A stretch of DNA of 64,000 nucleotides from Alphaproteobacteria bacterium (GCA_964291215.2 OZ219791.1:2560001-2624000), one strand, 5' to 3'. Numbered from the stretch's first letter, positions 1 through 11,803 are shown. Notes: generated by a model from the sequence alone, not told the origin. Numbers and translations: made by a program.

Positions 1-885
1 CATTTCCACGAGAAGCTGGTCAAGGACCACGGGTTCACGCACAGCTACAACTGGGTGCGCCTGACGCTTCAGGCCAACGGCCGGGCGGCCCCGCGCCGCG
101 GTGCGCATCGCCGCAAGCGTGCTCCGCGGCCGATGGCGGGCATGATGCTGCACCAGGACGGCTCCACTCACGAATGGGTGCCCGGACAGTCGTGGGATCT
201 GATCGTGACCATGGACGATGCCACCAGCGAGAGCTACTCGGCCTTCTTCGTCCCCGAAGAGGGCACGATGAGCACCTTTCAGGGCATCCAGGAGGTGATC
301 GAGGCCAAGGGCCTGTTCTGTTCGCTTTACGCCGATCGGGGGTCGCACTACTGGCACACAGCCGGCGGCAAGGTCGACAAGGACAACCTGACCCAGGTGG
401 GCCGGGCGCTCCAGCAGCTCCGCATCGAACTGATCCCCGCCTATTCGCCTGAGGCGCGCGGCCGCTCGGAGCGCATGTTCGGCACACTGCAGAAGCGTCT
501 GCCGCAGGAATTGCGTACACAGGGCATCGAGACGATGGACGAAGCCAATCTCTTCCTCAAGGATGTCTTCCTGCCCGATCACAACGCCCGGTTCATGCGC
601 AAGCCGGAAGATGGGGGATCGGCTTTCATGGACTTCGCCGGCAACGTTGGCGACATCCTGTGCGTGCAGGAAGACCGCGTCGTCGGCAACGACAATACGG
701 TGCGCTACAAGGGACGCGTGCTGCAGATCGCGAGCCACCGCCACCATTTCGTCAAGGCGCGCGTCAGGGTGCACGAATATCCTGACGCCTCGCTGGCCGT
801 GTTCCACGGCCCCATGTGCATCGGCCGGTATCAGTCTGACGGCCAACCGGCCGGGAAGGAGAAAACGATCGAGAAGGCTGCGTGA
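1..885 (+). CDS. ISNCY/IS481-like DDE transposase, 5'-truncated by the window; probably eroded by small in-frame deletions
   Basis: Open from base 1 (HFHEKLVKDHGF...); motifs MLHQDGSTHEW, LYADRGSHY and AYSPEARGRSERMFGTLQ are typical of this integrase-core family. Confidence 0.85.
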   Translation, partial: HFHEKLVKDHGFTHSYNWVRLTLQANGRAAPRRGAHRRKRAPRPMAGMMLHQDGSTHEWVPGQSWDLIVTMDDATSESYSAFFVPEEGTMSTFQGIQEVIEAKGLFCSLYADRGSHYWHTAGGKVDKDNLTQVGRALQQLRIELIPAYSPEARGRSERMFGTLQKRLPQELRTQGIETMDEANLFLKDVFLPDHNARFMRKPEDGGSAFMDFAGNVGDILCVQEDRVVGNDNTVRYKGRVLQIASHRHHFVKARVRVHEYPDASLAVFHGPMCIGRYQSDGQPAGKEKTIEKAA

Positions 886-1023
886 ACCGCTTCGGCGCGG
901 GCCGAACGCAGCCGGTCAAGCCTGCGGTCGCTACCGCTCCCTTCGGCTTGACCGGCTGCGCCACCAACAGAAGCGGACAAACCGCATGGTACCTAGACCG
1001 GACAACTCAGAATGTTGTCGACA
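886..1023 (+). mobile_element. Right end of the ISNCY/IS481-like element, with internal 16-bp hairpin
   Basis: Perfect inverted repeat cgcagccggtcaagcc (907-922 / 945-960); repeated cggacaa motifs; terminal ...gtcgaca, after which IS256 sequence starts abruptly. Confidence 0.65.
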
Positions 1024-1277
1024 CTATCGCGACAAGCACCCAGGCTTCGCAGACTGGCTGGAAAACAATGCGGGGCTCGCTGTCTTCACCTTGCCCGATG
1101 CTCACCGCAAGCGCATGCGAACCTCGAACGGCATCGAGCTCCAGCAAGAACTCAAGCGGCGCACCTCCAAAGTCAGGGTCTTTCCAAACCTTGCCTCGTT
1201 GGAGCGCCTCTCAACCGCGGTCCTCGTCGAGATCGACGAAAAATGGGAAACCGAAACCAAGGCATACATCAAATGGG
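1024..1277 (+). pseudogene. IS256-family transposase 3' fragment (continues at 4397-4454 after an IS66-like insertion)
   Basis: RKRMRTSNGIE...QELKRRTSKVRVFPN motif; near-identical to the reverse complement of 2320-2575. Confidence 0.85.
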
Positions 1278-3068
1278 GTATCTACTCACCCCTAGTTGGG
1301 TTCTGATTGGTCGTAGTGCTCGTTGATGATGTCTGCGGCTTTTCCGTCGAGGGCGATCTGGGTGGCGACGAGTGGGTTGTAGCCGAGTGCGGCCATGGAG
1401 GTGAGGTAGCTTGAGCCTCGGCACCATGCTTTTGCGTGGAGCGGAAGCATCCGGACACCTTGACCTTTGCCATCCTGATCTTCTGTTCTCCGGCATTGTT
1501 GGTGAAGCTGACGTCGGGGTTGTCTGTGAAGCGCAGGTTTTCGTGTTTCACGAGACGCAGGTTGTGCGCGTTTGCGATGCGTTTTCTTTTCGTCGGCGGC
1601 GGGATGTCGGGCAGTTCCTTGGCGCCCTGATGGTACGGTAGCGCTTGCGCACGGCCCGGCGTCGTTCAGGGTCTTGGATGCGCTCTTGTTGACCTTGTGG
1701 CAGACTTCGCGGAGCAGGCTCTTCATCAGTCGCGCCCAGCGGTAGCCTCGACGACGAAGGTCAGTTCGCGCAGCAGGTGGCTGCCGCACAACTGGTGGCT
1801 ACACTGGCCCATGTACGAGGCCCAGCAGTCCAGGACGCCCTTGTAGCACGGGATGATGCCGATCTCTTGCCTCCCGGCCGCGCTTGCGGTGCGGGAACTT
1901 GCACGTCAGGGTTCCGACGACATGGAGCCACTTACTGTTGGTCCGAAATCGTCGACATGCAGGGCCGGGCGTTGCAGGAGGTGCGCCACGGCGGCCTCCG
2001 ACGCGAGCGCATCGTGAAAGCATAGCCGAGGCAGGTTGCCTCGGAGAGCCTGATGCCGGAGGTCGCCTGCACGAGCGCGACGGCACGACGCAGGGACAGC
2101 ATCTGGGCGACCAGCAGGTTGATGACGAGGGCCTGGATGCCGATGCCGTACTGCACGGGATGTTGTCGGGGAACCGGCCCCGGGCCTTGCACTTCGGGCA
2201 TTCCTTGATCTCGGCGCGGCGCTCGACGACCTCGAACACAATGTCATAGAGGACGCGGCGCTCCCGATCGATTACGCAACCTGATGTCTGGAAATTGTCG
2301 TGAAGCTGATCGAGCTGTTCCCATTTGATGTATGCCTTGGTTTCGGTTTCCCATTTTTCGTCGATCTCGACGAGGACCGCGGTTGAGAGGCGCTCCAACG
2401 AGGCAAGGTTTGGAAAGACCCTGACTTTGGAGGTGCGCCGCTTGAGTTCTTGCTAGAGCTCGATGCCGTTCGAGGTTCGCATGCGCTTGCGGTGAGCATC
2501 GGGCAAGGTGAAGACAGCGAGCCCCGCATTGTTTTCCAGCCAGTCTGCGAAGCTTGGGTGCTTGTCGCGATAGCTGGCCACGAGGGCGCCCAGTTCGGCC
2601 TCGGCGGTTTGGAGTGAGGAGGCGTGGCTCCGAGCTGTTTTCCAATACGTTTCCTGATGTCGTTGTTCGGTGCGTGCTGCACGGCGTTTTGCGCCAGGTG
2701 GAACTGGCAGCGCTGCCACATCGCCGCGCCCAGCACCGCGCGTCGTGCCGCTTTCAACCCGGCATCCGAGACGATGAAGGTCGTACCATGCAGGGCTAGC
2801 AAGCTTTCCAGGAAGGCTCGGACCTCGGCCTCGGAGAGCGCCACAGAGAGCCCCAGAACGTGCCTGCAGCCCCTATTCCGATGGCCGAGAGCGCTGCAAC
2901 ATCGCGCACAACGCCGTCATGGCGGGCTTTTTCGTAGCGCGCATCCAGGATCAGGTATTTCATCAGGGGCCGGTTGCGCCAGGCGGCGAGTTCTTCGTCG
3001 AGCAACCTGGTGGCCCGGCTGACCTGAGAAGAGGACAGGCTCCCGAACTCGCGCATCACATCTTCGGC

Positions 3069-3252
3069 CAGGGCTCTTCTTTTTCCCGGTTTCGTCCGAC
3101 GAGGGGGCGTTGTAGGCAGATCTGGAGGTCCATTCAGGAGCGGACTTCGTTGTCGATATGCCGGTTTCGATCTTGAGACGGTGCCACCAACTTCAAGAAC
3201 GGCCACTCTGACACGGTTGTCTGCCGCCGACCGCGACAACAGAATGGTCCTG
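3069..3252. mobile_element. 184-bp MITE, ISAs1-like ends
   Basis: Ends cagggctcttct / caggaccattct; perfect 10-bp TSD catcttcggc (3059-3068, 3253-3262); absent from the sister IS256 copy at 32.8 kb. Confidence 0.8.
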
Positions 3253-3655
3253 CATCTTCGGCCTGCCGTGTGGAAACACCCTTGATGTACATCTCGGCTA
3301 CGGCCACGGCGCGAGAAGATCGCTGGCCGCGTTCAAGCGACTGGGGATAGAACGGGTCGTCCCCGTGACCGGCCGTCTTTGGCACTTGAACGGTAACAGT
3401 CCCGACGGGGGTGTCGATCCGCTTGTAGCCGTTGGCATAGCCCTGTCGCTCCGGTGTCCGGTGGCCCGCTTTCAAGTGCTGCTCGCGCTCGATTTGCATC
3501 GCAAGCTCGAAGAGCTGGCAAAAAACCCGCCCTAGATCCGTTGCTCCGTTTGCGATCAGATGTTCCAAAACAGTCCCGATCGTCGTAGTGTGTCGCAGGT
3601 CCATTCGCTTCCTCCATGAAGGTTTTACAACTCCATGGGATAGCACGATGGCGCC

Positions 3656-3691
3656 GCGTTTCACTGGGGGGCTAGCCCCCCAGTGAAACGC
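3656..3691. repeat. 36-bp perfect palindrome in the IS256 left end (near-perfect copy at 35704-35740)
   Basis: gcgtttcactggggggctagccccccagtgaaacgc. Confidence 0.9.
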
Positions 3692-4396
3692 CTCAAAGCG
3701 CAAACCTCAGACAAATTTCCAGACATCAAGTTACAGTACCCCTATCCCCCTATCCGACGGGGTCGACGCCGTCGGCGCCGCAGGCGTCGCAGGCATCGAC
3801 CGCCTCCTCGACGATGGTCTTGCGCAGGTTGTCGCCCATCTGCTGGTTTGGCTTCGGGCCTTTGCCGTTGCTCCCGGCACGCCTCGCGCTCTTGTCCGTC
3901 TGTGACGGCGGCAGACCGGAGTTCCGGCTCGTTTTGCGCGTGGTCTTCTCCAGAAGGACGACGATGAGGATGTCGAGCAGGAGGACGCGGATCACGGCCT
4001 CTTTCGGCACCTTGCCGGCCGCACGCAGCGCCGCGACCTTGGCCGCTTCGAACTCCTCGCGCGCCGCGTTGACCGTCGCCATCACCCGGCCTCGACGGTC
4101 GCCGCGAGCATCGCCTGGCGCTCGCTCGGCGGCATCTTCCGGTACTCCGCCGCCCGGCCTTGCGCTTCATCAGCGCGCCGCCTCCGAGATGCGTTTCCAG
4201 ATACAGATCATGCGGGGGCTGGAGCCCCGGAAGCAGCTGGCACAGCCCGCTCGTCGCCTTCGATCCAAAGTAGCCCACTGGCGATCCCCGTCGCTCTCGA
4301 TGACCACCACAAAACGAATCGGGTGTCAAATTTCCACGAAAACCCGTTCGTTGCTCTACCCCGACATCAAGCCGGAACCAGGGGGTGAGCAGTTAC

Positions 4397-4454
4397 CAAA
4401 TGGGAACAGCTCGATCAGCTTCACGACAATTTCCAGACATCAGGTTGCGTAATC
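4397..4454 (+). mobile_element. Right terminus of the IS256 copy begun at 1024
   Basis: Matches the reverse complement of the IS256 end at 2270-2327. Confidence 0.85.
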
Positions 4455-4698
4455 TCACGAGGGAGGACATCACGGCGCTCTGCGCCCTGGCCGCCCATTC
4501 AAGCTTCCCCGGGCACCGCCGGACATGACCATCATGAGTTTCGTCGCGCTCACCGGCGGGCTGCCCGGGACACAGAAGCTATGGGAGGGCGTCAGGTTCC
4601 TGTCTCAGGCCGTCATCGGCATTCGGGCCAAGGAGGGCTGGGACGAGAACCACTCGGAAGGAGATGAAGACACGGAGTTAAGTATGTTAGATTGATAG
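4455..4698 (+). pseudogene. IS4/Tn5-like transposase C-terminal fragment
   Basis: LPGTQKLWEG motif, similar to MPGTHKLWEG at about 19.4 kb. Confidence 0.55.
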
Positions 4699-5185
4699 GC
4701 CCGAGACCATCGCCTGACACGGCAGCCCCTTGAGCAGTTCAAGGAGTTCGACATGGTCGGAATCGGTGCAGTCGTGGCGGCACCGCCGGCCCGACCGGCG
4801 AGTCGCCTGCAGGTACGGCGGGTCGCTGCAGACCAGTTCCGTGCCCCGGAACGCAAAGCCGGCCAGGAACGCGTGGGCGCAGCCAGTTTCACCGGATAGT
4901 CGCACCCGAACCCGTCCGGCGCTCCCGGTCGAACACGGCGCCGGCGCCTTGTGCTTCATCAGCGCGCCGCCTCCCGGATGCGTTTCCACATACAGATCAT
5001 GCGGGGGCCGAAGCCCCGAAAGCAGCTGACACAGCCCGCTCGTCGCCCTGGATCCAGAGTAGCCCATCGGTGGCCCCCGTCGTTCTCGATGACCGTCACT
5101 GAACGAATCGGGTGTCAAATCTCCACGAAAACCCGTTCGTTGCTCTACCTCGACATCAAGCCGGAACCAGGGGGTGAGCGGTTAC
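4699..5185 (-). pseudogene. IS66-like left end plus truncated D12/Dam-like adenine methyltransferase
   Basis: MGYSGSR...YVETHPGGGA...SDPPY; TIR gtaaccgctcacccc ending at 5185; a second residual TIR ends at 5210. Confidence 0.75.
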
Positions 5186-5474
5186 CCCAGAATAAGGGGT
5201 GAGCAGCTACGAGAGATCTAGCGTATTGCGCGACATTCCGGTCGTGGGGCGCTGGGTCAGAATCCGTATGAGGGGCGAACTCGTGATCCTCGGGAACTCA
5301 CAATAAAGACCGCTGTGTGGTACACACCGTTATCCTCCATATTCTCTTACCGGTCGCACAGACGACGAGTCGCAGTGTCCATTCATCGAACTGTATGCTT
5401 GAGTCCGTATCGGGGTTCCTGACAAAGTGGTCCGGTGCCGTACTGACCTATCGTGATCCAGCGGCCGCCCGGTC

Positions 5475-5870
5475 TCAGCCCGTCGCCGGTTCGGGTATGT
5501 GGCACGCCGCCTGAAGCTTGTTGCCGTCGAGATCGCGAACATATGCGCCGTAGTAATGTTCGTGATACTGCGGGCGCGGGCCGGGTGGTCCCTCGTCCGT
5601 GCCGCCGTTGGCCAGCGCCGCCGCGTGAAACGCGTCGACCTGCGCGCGCGATGGCGCCGCGAAGGCGACATGGACGCCGTTGCCGATGGTGGCCGGATTG
5701 CCGTCGAAGGGCCTGAGGACGAAGAACCAGTCGAGGCCCTCGCCTTGGTAGCCCAGAAGCGCCCCCTCGCGCGTCAGCCTGCGTTCGATCCCGAGCGTGG
5801 CGAGCACGGCGTCGTAGAACTCTGCGGCGCGCTGCAGATCGTTGGAGCCGATAGTGATATGGCTGTACAT
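5475..5870 (-). CDS. VOC/glyoxalase family protein
   Basis: HITIG...FYD...GNGVHVAF...YGAYVRDLDGNKL motifs. Confidence 0.9.
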   Translation of the reverse strand: MYSHITIGSNDLQRAAEFYDAVLATLGIERRLTREGALLGYQGEGLDWFFVLRPFDGNPATIGNGVHVAFAAPSRAQVDAFHAAALANGGTDEGPPGPRPQYHEHYYGAYVRDLDGNKLQAACHIPEPATG

Positions 5871-5893
5871 GAGCCTCTCCCGCGCGGCGGCGG

Positions 5894-6661
5894 TCAGTGC
5901 ACGTTGCTCCAGATGCGTCGCTTGGCGACATAGAGGAGGCCGGTCAGGAGCAGCAGGAACAGGATCACCTTGATGCCCATGCGCTTGCGCTCTTCCAGTT
6001 CGGGCTCGGCTGCCCAGGCAAGGAACATCGTGACGTCGCGGGCCTGCTGGGCTACGCTTGCTTTCGTCTTGTCGGCATACTCGACCCCATCTTCGGACAG
6101 CGGCGATGGCATGGCGATCATGTTGCCCGCGAAATGCTTATTGTAGCTCATGCCCTCCGGAACGTCCATCCCGGACGGCGCCTCGGCATATCCCGTCAAC
6201 ACGGCATACACATAGTCGGTCCCACCGAGTGTCGCCTTGGTCATCAGCGACAGGTCCGGCGGCAACGCGCCATTGTTCGCCGCGCGCGCCTCCTCGTCGT
6301 TTGCGAAGGGCGACTTGAATCGGTCGGAGGGTTTTCCGGGCCGCTCGAACATCTCGCCTTCGTCGTTCGGTCCGTCCTCGACATCGACCGTGGCCGCGAT
6401 CGCCTTGACGTCGTCCTCGGAGAAGCCGATTTCGGTCAGGTTGCGATACGCAACCAAGCGCAGTCCGTGGCAGACGGCGCACACCTCCTTGTAGACGACG
6501 AAGCCGCGCTGCAGGGACGGACGGTCGAAGGCACCGAACAGGCCCTGGAACGACCAGTACTGCTTTGGCGCCTCAGGGGCCTCGGCTGCGGATGCGGGTG
6601 TGGTCAGCGAAAGCGCAACGGCGGCTGCGCATGCCGCCAGCGGGGCCTTGAACGCCCTCAT
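5894..6661 (-). CDS. petC: Cytochrome c1 of the bc1 complex
   Basis: CAVCH heme motif, PPDLS, C-terminal TM helix; ATGA overlap with petB. Confidence 0.97.
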   Translation of the reverse strand: MRAFKAPLAACAAAVALSLTTPASAAEAPEAPKQYWSFQGLFGAFDRPSLQRGFVVYKEVCAVCHGLRLVAYRNLTEIGFSEDDVKAIAATVDVEDGPNDEGEMFERPGKPSDRFKSPFANDEEARAANNGALPPDLSLMTKATLGGTDYVYAVLTGYAEAPSGMDVPEGMSYNKHFAGNMIAMPSPLSEDGVEYADKTKASVAQQARDVTMFLAWAAEPELEERKRMGIKVILFLLLLTGLLYVAKRRIWSNVH

Positions 6662-7968
6662 TGCGCCCGCTCCGCGGCGGCGGCCGCGCCTCCTCCGAGC
6701 ACCGGCCCGGAAATGCTGGTGGGCACCGGTCTCGGTTTTTCGAGGATGCCGAGAAGCGGAATGATCACCAGGAAGTAGAGGAAGTAGAACGCCGTCGCGA
6801 TCCGGCCAATGATCACGAAATACCCCTCGGCCGGATTGGCGCCGACCCAGCCCAGCACCGCGCAGTCGATCACGAACAGCCAGAAGAACTGCCGGAACAG
6901 GGGGCGGAAGCGCGACGACCGCACCGGGGAACGGTCGAGCCACGGGAGAAGGAACAGCACGCCGATGGAGCCGAACATCGCCAGCACCCCGGCGAGCTTG
7001 GCGTCGAAGATGACGAACCCCATCCAGTTCGTCACCCAGCCGCCGATGAAGTTATCCGGGACTGCGCGCAGGATCGCATAGAACGGCAGGAAGTACCATT
7101 CCGGCACGATATGCGGCGGCGTCGCGAGCGGGTTGGCCGGCAGGTAGTTGTCGGGTTCGCCGAAGAAGTTGGGCGCGAAGAAAATGAACCCGGCAAACAC
7201 GATGAGGAACACCCCGAGCCCGAACGTGTCCTTGATCGTGTAGTAGGGATGGAACGGGATGACGTCCTGGTCTCCCTTGGTGTCGATGCCGACCGGGTTG
7301 TTGGAACCATGGACATGCAACGCCCAGATGTGGAGGACGACGATGCCGACCAGCACGAACGGCAGGAGATAGTGGAGGCTGTAGAACCGGTTTAGGGTCG
7401 GGTTGTCGACCGCGAAGCCACCCCACAGCAGGGTGACCAACCAGTCACCGATGCCCCACGGTATCGCGGAGAACAGGTTGGTGATGACGGTTGCGCCCCA
7501 GAAGCTCATCTGGCCCCAAGGCAGCACATAGCCCATGAAGGCCGTCGCCATCATGAGCAGCAGGATGACGACGCCGAGTATCCACAGGAGTTCGCGCGGC
7601 GCCTTGTAGGATCCGAAATACAGCCCGCGGAAGATGTGGATGTAGACCACGACGAAGAACGCCGAAGCGCCGTTCATGTGGATGTACCTGATCAGCCACC
7701 CGTAGTTGACGTCACGCATAATGCGTTCGACCGAATCGAACGCGTGGTCCGTGTGCGGAACGTAGTGCATCGCGAGCGTGACCCCGCTCACGATCATGAT
7801 GACGAGGATAGTTCCGGCAAGTGATCCGAAGTTCCACCAGTAGTTCAGGTTCCTGGGCGTCGGATACTCGTAGAGCTCGTGGCTCACGAAGGAAAAAACA
7901 GGAAGCCGGTGATCGACCCACCGGACCAGCGGATTCTCGAGCCACGCGGGTTTGCTGAACTGTGCCAT
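6658..7968 (-). CDS. petB: Cytochrome b
   Basis: [24 protein letters not shown] and PEWY motifs. Confidence 0.98.
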   Translation of the reverse strand: MAQFSKPAWLENPLVRWVDHRLPVFSFVSHELYEYPTPRNLNYWWNFGSLAGTILVIMIVSGVTLAMHYVPHTDHAFDSVERIMRDVNYGWLIRYIHMNGASAFFVVVYIHIFRGLYFGSYKAPRELLWILGVVILLLMMATAFMGYVLPWGQMSFWGATVITNLFSAIPWGIGDWLVTLLWGGFAVDNPTLNRFYSLHYLLPFVLVGIVVLHIWALHVHGSNNPVGIDTKGDQDVIPFHPYYTIKDTFGLGVFLIVFAGFIFFAPNFFGEPDNYLPANPLATPPHIVPEWYFLPFYAILRAVPDNFIGGWVTNWMGFVIFDAKLAGVLAMFGSIGVLFLLPWLDRSPVRSSRFRPLFRQFFWLFVIDCAVLGWVGANPAEGYFVIIGRIATAFYFLYFLVIIPLLGILEKPRPVPTSISGPVLGGGAAAAAERAQ

Positions 7969-7979
7969 GTCCGTAGTCC

Positions 7980-8546
7980 TCAGCCGATCCGCACGACATT
8001 GTCGTCAAGGAAGGTGTATTGCGGGACTTCTAGATTCTCGGGCGCGGGGCCCTTGCGGATGCGTCCCGACGTGTCGTAGTGGGACCCATGGCAGGGGCAG
8101 AACCAGCCGTTGAAGTCGCCGCGCGTTTCACTCGCGCCGGTGCCGAGCGGTATGCAGCCGAGATGAGTGCAGACGCCGACGAGAATGAGCCACCGAGGCT
8201 TCTGCACGCGGTCCGAATCCCTCTCGGGGTCGATCAGTTCGTCGGCCGGGGCGGCCTCGGCGGCATCGATCTCGGCCTTCGTGCGATGGCGGATGAAGAC
8301 CGGCTTGCCACGCCACTTGACCTTGATCGCCTGTCCTTCCTCGACGGCCGAGAGATCGACCTCGATCGAGGCGAGGGCAAGGGTGTCTGCTGCCGGGTTC
8401 ATCTGGTCGATAAACGGCCAGGCAACGGCTCCGACGCCGACCGCGCCGAACACGCCGGTCGCGATCTGGATGAAATCCCGCCGGCTCTCTCCCTCTTCGG
8501 TTTCCCCGTGGCCGCCGGTCGTTGCCATGCTGTCGGATTCAGCCAT
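7980..8546 (-). CDS. petA: Rieske iron-sulfur subunit
   Basis: Tat-like SRRDFI, CTHLGC and CPCHGS. Confidence 0.98.
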   Translation of the reverse strand: MAESDSMATTGGHGETEEGESRRDFIQIATGVFGAVGVGAVAWPFIDQMNPAADTLALASIEVDLSAVEEGQAIKVKWRGKPVFIRHRTKAEIDAAEAAPADELIDPERDSDRVQKPRWLILVGVCTHLGCIPLGTGASETRGDFNGWFCPCHGSHYDTSGRIRKGPAPENLEVPQYTFLDDNVVRIG

Positions 8547-8806
8547 TCTTCGTGCCTTCTTGCTGTGCCAGTCCCAACTGCGGTTCCGCAGGAGGTGTGG
8601 ATCCCCGAAGATCTGTGTGGAACGTCGACGGCCTGTCCGGACCGACAGCGCCGCAAAACCGGTCAGTCGGCACCGGAGCGCAGGGCGCTCGCCGACCGTC
8701 CATGTTCACCAACACAACGCGCCTGTTCCTGAGGGAGATATAATCCAAATCGGGCCTCCTGCAAAGCCGCCATCGCCGCGCGCGACCGGCCGGCGCATTC
8801 GTCTGT

Positions 8807-9241
8807 TCAGAGCGCTTGCGTCATCCGCACATGCGGAATGCCCGCTTCCTCGAACTCGTCGCCCTCCTGCAGGAACCCCAACTTCTCGTAGAATTTGCTG
8901 GCGTGGGTCTGGGAATCGAGCAGCGCGACGCTGTGCCCGTCCTCGCGTGCGTCGGCGAAGGCGCGGGCCATCAGGGCGCGCCCGATGTCGCGGCCGCGAA
9001 ACGCCTTGAGGACGGCGATTCGCTCGAATTTGACGACGCCGTTTTCCAGAGGACGGGTACGGGCCGTACCGATGACCGTCCCGCCCTGGCGGGCGAGGTA
9101 GTGGCGGCATACGGCATCAAGCCCATCGAACTCGATTTCGCGGCTGACCTTCTGCTCGTCGCAGAACACCGTGATACGAATGCTGTAGCACGCTTCGCGG
9201 TCGTCGTCCGACACCGCTTCCGAAATCACCAGATCAGCCAT
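8807..9241 (-). CDS. GNAT N-acetyltransferase (YjcF/ElaA-like)
   Basis: RIAVLKAFRGRDIG, FYEKLGF, EAGIPHVRM. Confidence 0.9.
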   Translation of the reverse strand: MADLVISEAVSDDDREACYSIRITVFCDEQKVSREIEFDGLDAVCRHYLARQGGTVIGTARTRPLENGVVKFERIAVLKAFRGRDIGRALMARAFADAREDGHSVALLDSQTHASKFYEKLGFLQEGDEFEEAGIPHVRMTQAL

Positions 9242-9323
9242 GGCGTCTTCTATCCCAGCCGGTCCCGGGAGATCAAGACCGGCTGGCGGTTCCCGAGACC
9301 CCGGGAACTGGCCGGTTGCAGGA

Positions 9324-10589
9324 TCAGGCCCGGAGAAGCCCGTCGCGCCGCAAAGCCCGGGCATAGAGCAGGAGCATGCACCCGAGCATCAGCGCGGCGC
9401 TCGCCGCGAGCGACCAGTGGATGCCGATCAGGCCACCCCCGAAACCGACAATGAACCCGGAGAACGTGCGGCAGCCGAGGCTGCCGACATTGAACAGGCC
9501 GACAGCGCGGCCGCGGATCTCGGGCGGCGCATGAAGCTGCGCCAGAGTGCGTGTCATCGAGTTGAACGACAGGTCAAGGAATCCGGCGCACGCCAGCAGC
9601 AAGAGCGAAAGCGCGTAGCTCTCCGACAGCGCGAAACCAAAGATCGCACCGGCCCACAGGAAGCCGAGGATGAACGAGGTGCGCGTCCGCGCCTGCAGCA
9701 GGCTGCCGGCCTCTAGCACCATGCCAGCGGTGAGCGCGCCGGCTGCGTTGGCGGCGAGAAGCAGGCTGTAATGGAGGCTCTCGCCGCCATGGCCGAGGTG
9801 ATGCGCGAAGCCCGGCATCTGCGGCTCGTGCGCATTGCCGACGAAGAAGGCGGCGAGGCCGGCAAGGACGGACATATAGAAGACGACCGGGAGCCCGGAA
9901 ATCTGGCGCACCGTGTCGGCCATGTCGCGGAATCCGCTCATGGGCGCCCCCGGCGCTGCCCGCCCGGTGTGAATCTCGCGCGGGTTGCGGATCAGCCATA
10001 GCGTGAGCGGAAGGTAGATGAGGACGTTGATCAGAATCCCGGCCGTCGGACCGACCGCCAGCAGCAGCCCGCCGCCGACCGCGGGGCCGAGCAGCAGCCC
10101 GAGGGTCCGCGAGGTTGCGAGCAGGCGGATTGCGCTCTGCAGCTGGCGGTCGCCAACGATGTTATGAATCAGCACCTGTCCGGCCGGCGCCCACAGCACG
10201 CCGGCAAGCCCGTGGATGACAAGCAGGATGACGGCATGCCATCTCTCGAGGCTGTCGGTCGCGAACAGGATCCCCCAGGCCAGAGAACCGAGCATGAAAA
10301 GTACCATGGCGGCCTGGATGATACGCCGCGGATCGTAGCGGTCGGCGAGGGCGCCTGCCCACATCGAGCACAGGAGGAACGGCAGCCAGTGCGCGATCAC
10401 TGCGAATCCCGCGAGCAACGGCGACTGGAACCGCTCGAAGATGATCCAGTAGCTGATCACGTGCTCGACGCTGTCCGCCATCATCGCCAGCGCCGCCGCA
10501 AGAAGGTAGGTCCGCGATGCGGGATGGCGGAGCGCGGCGTAGGCACGCCGGTCCGGGCCGGCGGATTGTCGGGAGGACTCTGCGCTCAT
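9324..10589 (-). CDS. MFS transporter
   Basis: About 12 hydrophobic segments; GALADRYDPRR motif A. Confidence 0.9.
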   Translation of the reverse strand: MSAESSRQSAGPDRRAYAALRHPASRTYLLAAALAMMADSVEHVISYWIIFERFQSPLLAGFAVIAHWLPFLLCSMWAGALADRYDPRRIIQAAMVLFMLGSLAWGILFATDSLERWHAVILLVIHGLAGVLWAPAGQVLIHNIVGDRQLQSAIRLLATSRTLGLLLGPAVGGGLLLAVGPTAGILINVLIYLPLTLWLIRNPREIHTGRAAPGAPMSGFRDMADTVRQISGLPVVFYMSVLAGLAAFFVGNAHEPQMPGFAHHLGHGGESLHYSLLLAANAAGALTAGMVLEAGSLLQARTRTSFILGFLWAGAIFGFALSESYALSLLLLACAGFLDLSFNSMTRTLAQLHAPPEIRGRAVGLFNVGSLGCRTFSGFIVGFGGGLIGIHWSLAASAALMLGCMLLLYARALRRDGLLRA

Positions 10590-10744
10590 CGGATCTCGGC
10601 TGTTCCCGGGCGGACCGGCCGGGCAGGTGGCGGGGTGCGCGGTTCCGCCGCCGCCCTGCGATCGTCGCGCCCGCACCGACGGCCGGAACCGGACCGTACT
10701 ATGTGTGAGACCATGCCCGACATCAACCGCAACCCGTCCCGACC

Positions 10745-10929
10745 CAGGACTTTCCACGCTGCATTCGATCTTGCGACTGCTGATGGAGGGAGGTTGCACA
10801 GCCTGCCGGGTTTTCTGGCCGCGGGCCGTTCACGGGTCGCCGCAGCCGGAAAACAGGCCAGGAATGCGGAAATGTGTGCCCCGCTCAGCGGTCATTCAAG
10901 ACATCAACCACAGCGTGGGGAAGGTCCTG
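10745..10929. mobile_element. MITE family A, copy 1
   Basis: TIR caggacttt(c)ccacgctg; near-identical to 16913-17093 and 39732-39918. Confidence 0.85.
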
Positions 10930-10930
10930 T

Positions 10931-11803
10931 TCAGGTCGGGGGCGGTTTCCGGTAGCGCCGCGCGCGCTCCAGCAATCGCTCGGCTCGCAGAACGATCGGC
11001 AGTTCGATCATCCGGCCCTCGTGCCGCACCGCGCCCTTCCCGGTCCTCTCGCCTTGCCTGGCAGCGGCAACCAGGCGTTCGGCGGTCGCCAGTTCTTCGT
11101 CGGTTGGCGTGAATACCTTGTTGAGGCGTTCGATCTGGCCCGGATGGGCAGCGAACCCGCCTTCGGACCCCATCTGCCGGCCGCCCAGCGCGGCGGCTTC
11201 GAAGGCATCCATATCGGTGAGATTGGTGAGCGATTCCGGGACGATCAGCGGCGCCACGCCGGCGGCGCGCGCCGCCTCGGCCATCGACAGCGCTGTCATG
11301 GTCAGCAATTCCCTCGACGGCAGCGCCTGCATATCGGTCAGATAGTCGTCGATGCCGAAGCCGACGCCTGCGACCCGGCCCGATGCGCGCAGAATGCTGT
11401 CTGCGTCGCGCACTCCCAGCGCGGTCTCGACGATCGGCACGATCCGGACACTGCCCTTCGGGAGGGATTTTTCCGCTTCCAGTTCGCCGACAATCGCGTC
11501 GATCGCCAGGACCTGCGCCGACGATTCGCAAAGCGGAACGACGATGGCCCTGACGCCTGGCCCGACGGCGTATTCGAGATCGTTCAGCGCGGGGCGCCAG
11601 AGCGCGTTGATCCGGACCAGAACATCCTGCCCCGCAGCATAGAGCCGCTCTATCGCCGACGGCAGCGCGGCCCGCGCCTCGTCCTTCCGGTGGGCGGCGA
11701 TGCTCGCCTCGAGATCAAGCACGATGGCGTCCGCGCCGCGTTCGGCGGCCTTCGCCAGGAAGCGCTCCTCGAGCACCGGCATGAACAGGAGTGAGCGCCA
11801 CAT
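10931..11803 (-). CDS. CitE-like CoA-ester lyase (HpcH/HpaI aldolase-citrate lyase family)
   Basis: RSLLFMP, IVLDLEAS, VRIN, IVETALG, HPGQI. Confidence 0.88.
   Translation of the reverse strand: MWRSLLFMPVLEERFLAKAAERGADAIVLDLEASIAAHRKDEARAALPSAIERLYAAGQDVLVRINALWRPALNDLEYAVGPGVRAIVVPLCESSAQVLAIDAIVGELEAEKSLPKGSVRIVPIVETALGVRDADSILRASGRVAGVGFGIDDYLTDMQALPSRELLTMTALSMAEAARAAGVAPLIVPESLTNLTDMDAFEAAALGGRQMGSEGGFAAHPGQIERLNKVFTPTDEELATAERLVAAARQGERTGKGAVRHEGRMIELPIVLRAERLLERARRYRKPPPT

Larger units (their letters stand above)
2270..3740 (-). mobile_element. IS256-family element, frameshifted transposase
   Basis: TIRs gattacgcaacctgatgtctggaaatt / ggtactgtaacttgatgtctggaaatt; motifs AEMYIKGVSTR, YLILDARYEK, WQRCQFH. 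Confidence 0.85.
1278..4396 (-). mobile_element. IS66-like element (single-transposase type) with deleted methyltransferase passenger; interrupted by IS256
   Basis: TIRs gtatctactcacccc / gtaactgctcacccc; 8-bp TSD caaatggg (1270-1277, 4397-4404); NSGLPPS and FTNNAGEQKIRMAKVK transposase motifs in shifted frames. Confidence 0.85.

Noticed and set aside
3741-3755. cctatccccctatcc short duplication at the IS256 junction
   Set aside because: Probably a degenerate target duplication or slippage; no independent significance.
5211-5470. Lower-GC intergenic stretch with possible IS-end fragments (also 30103-30400, 36094-36355, 40890-41005)
   Set aside because: No paired TIRs, TSDs or ORF motifs could be established by eye.
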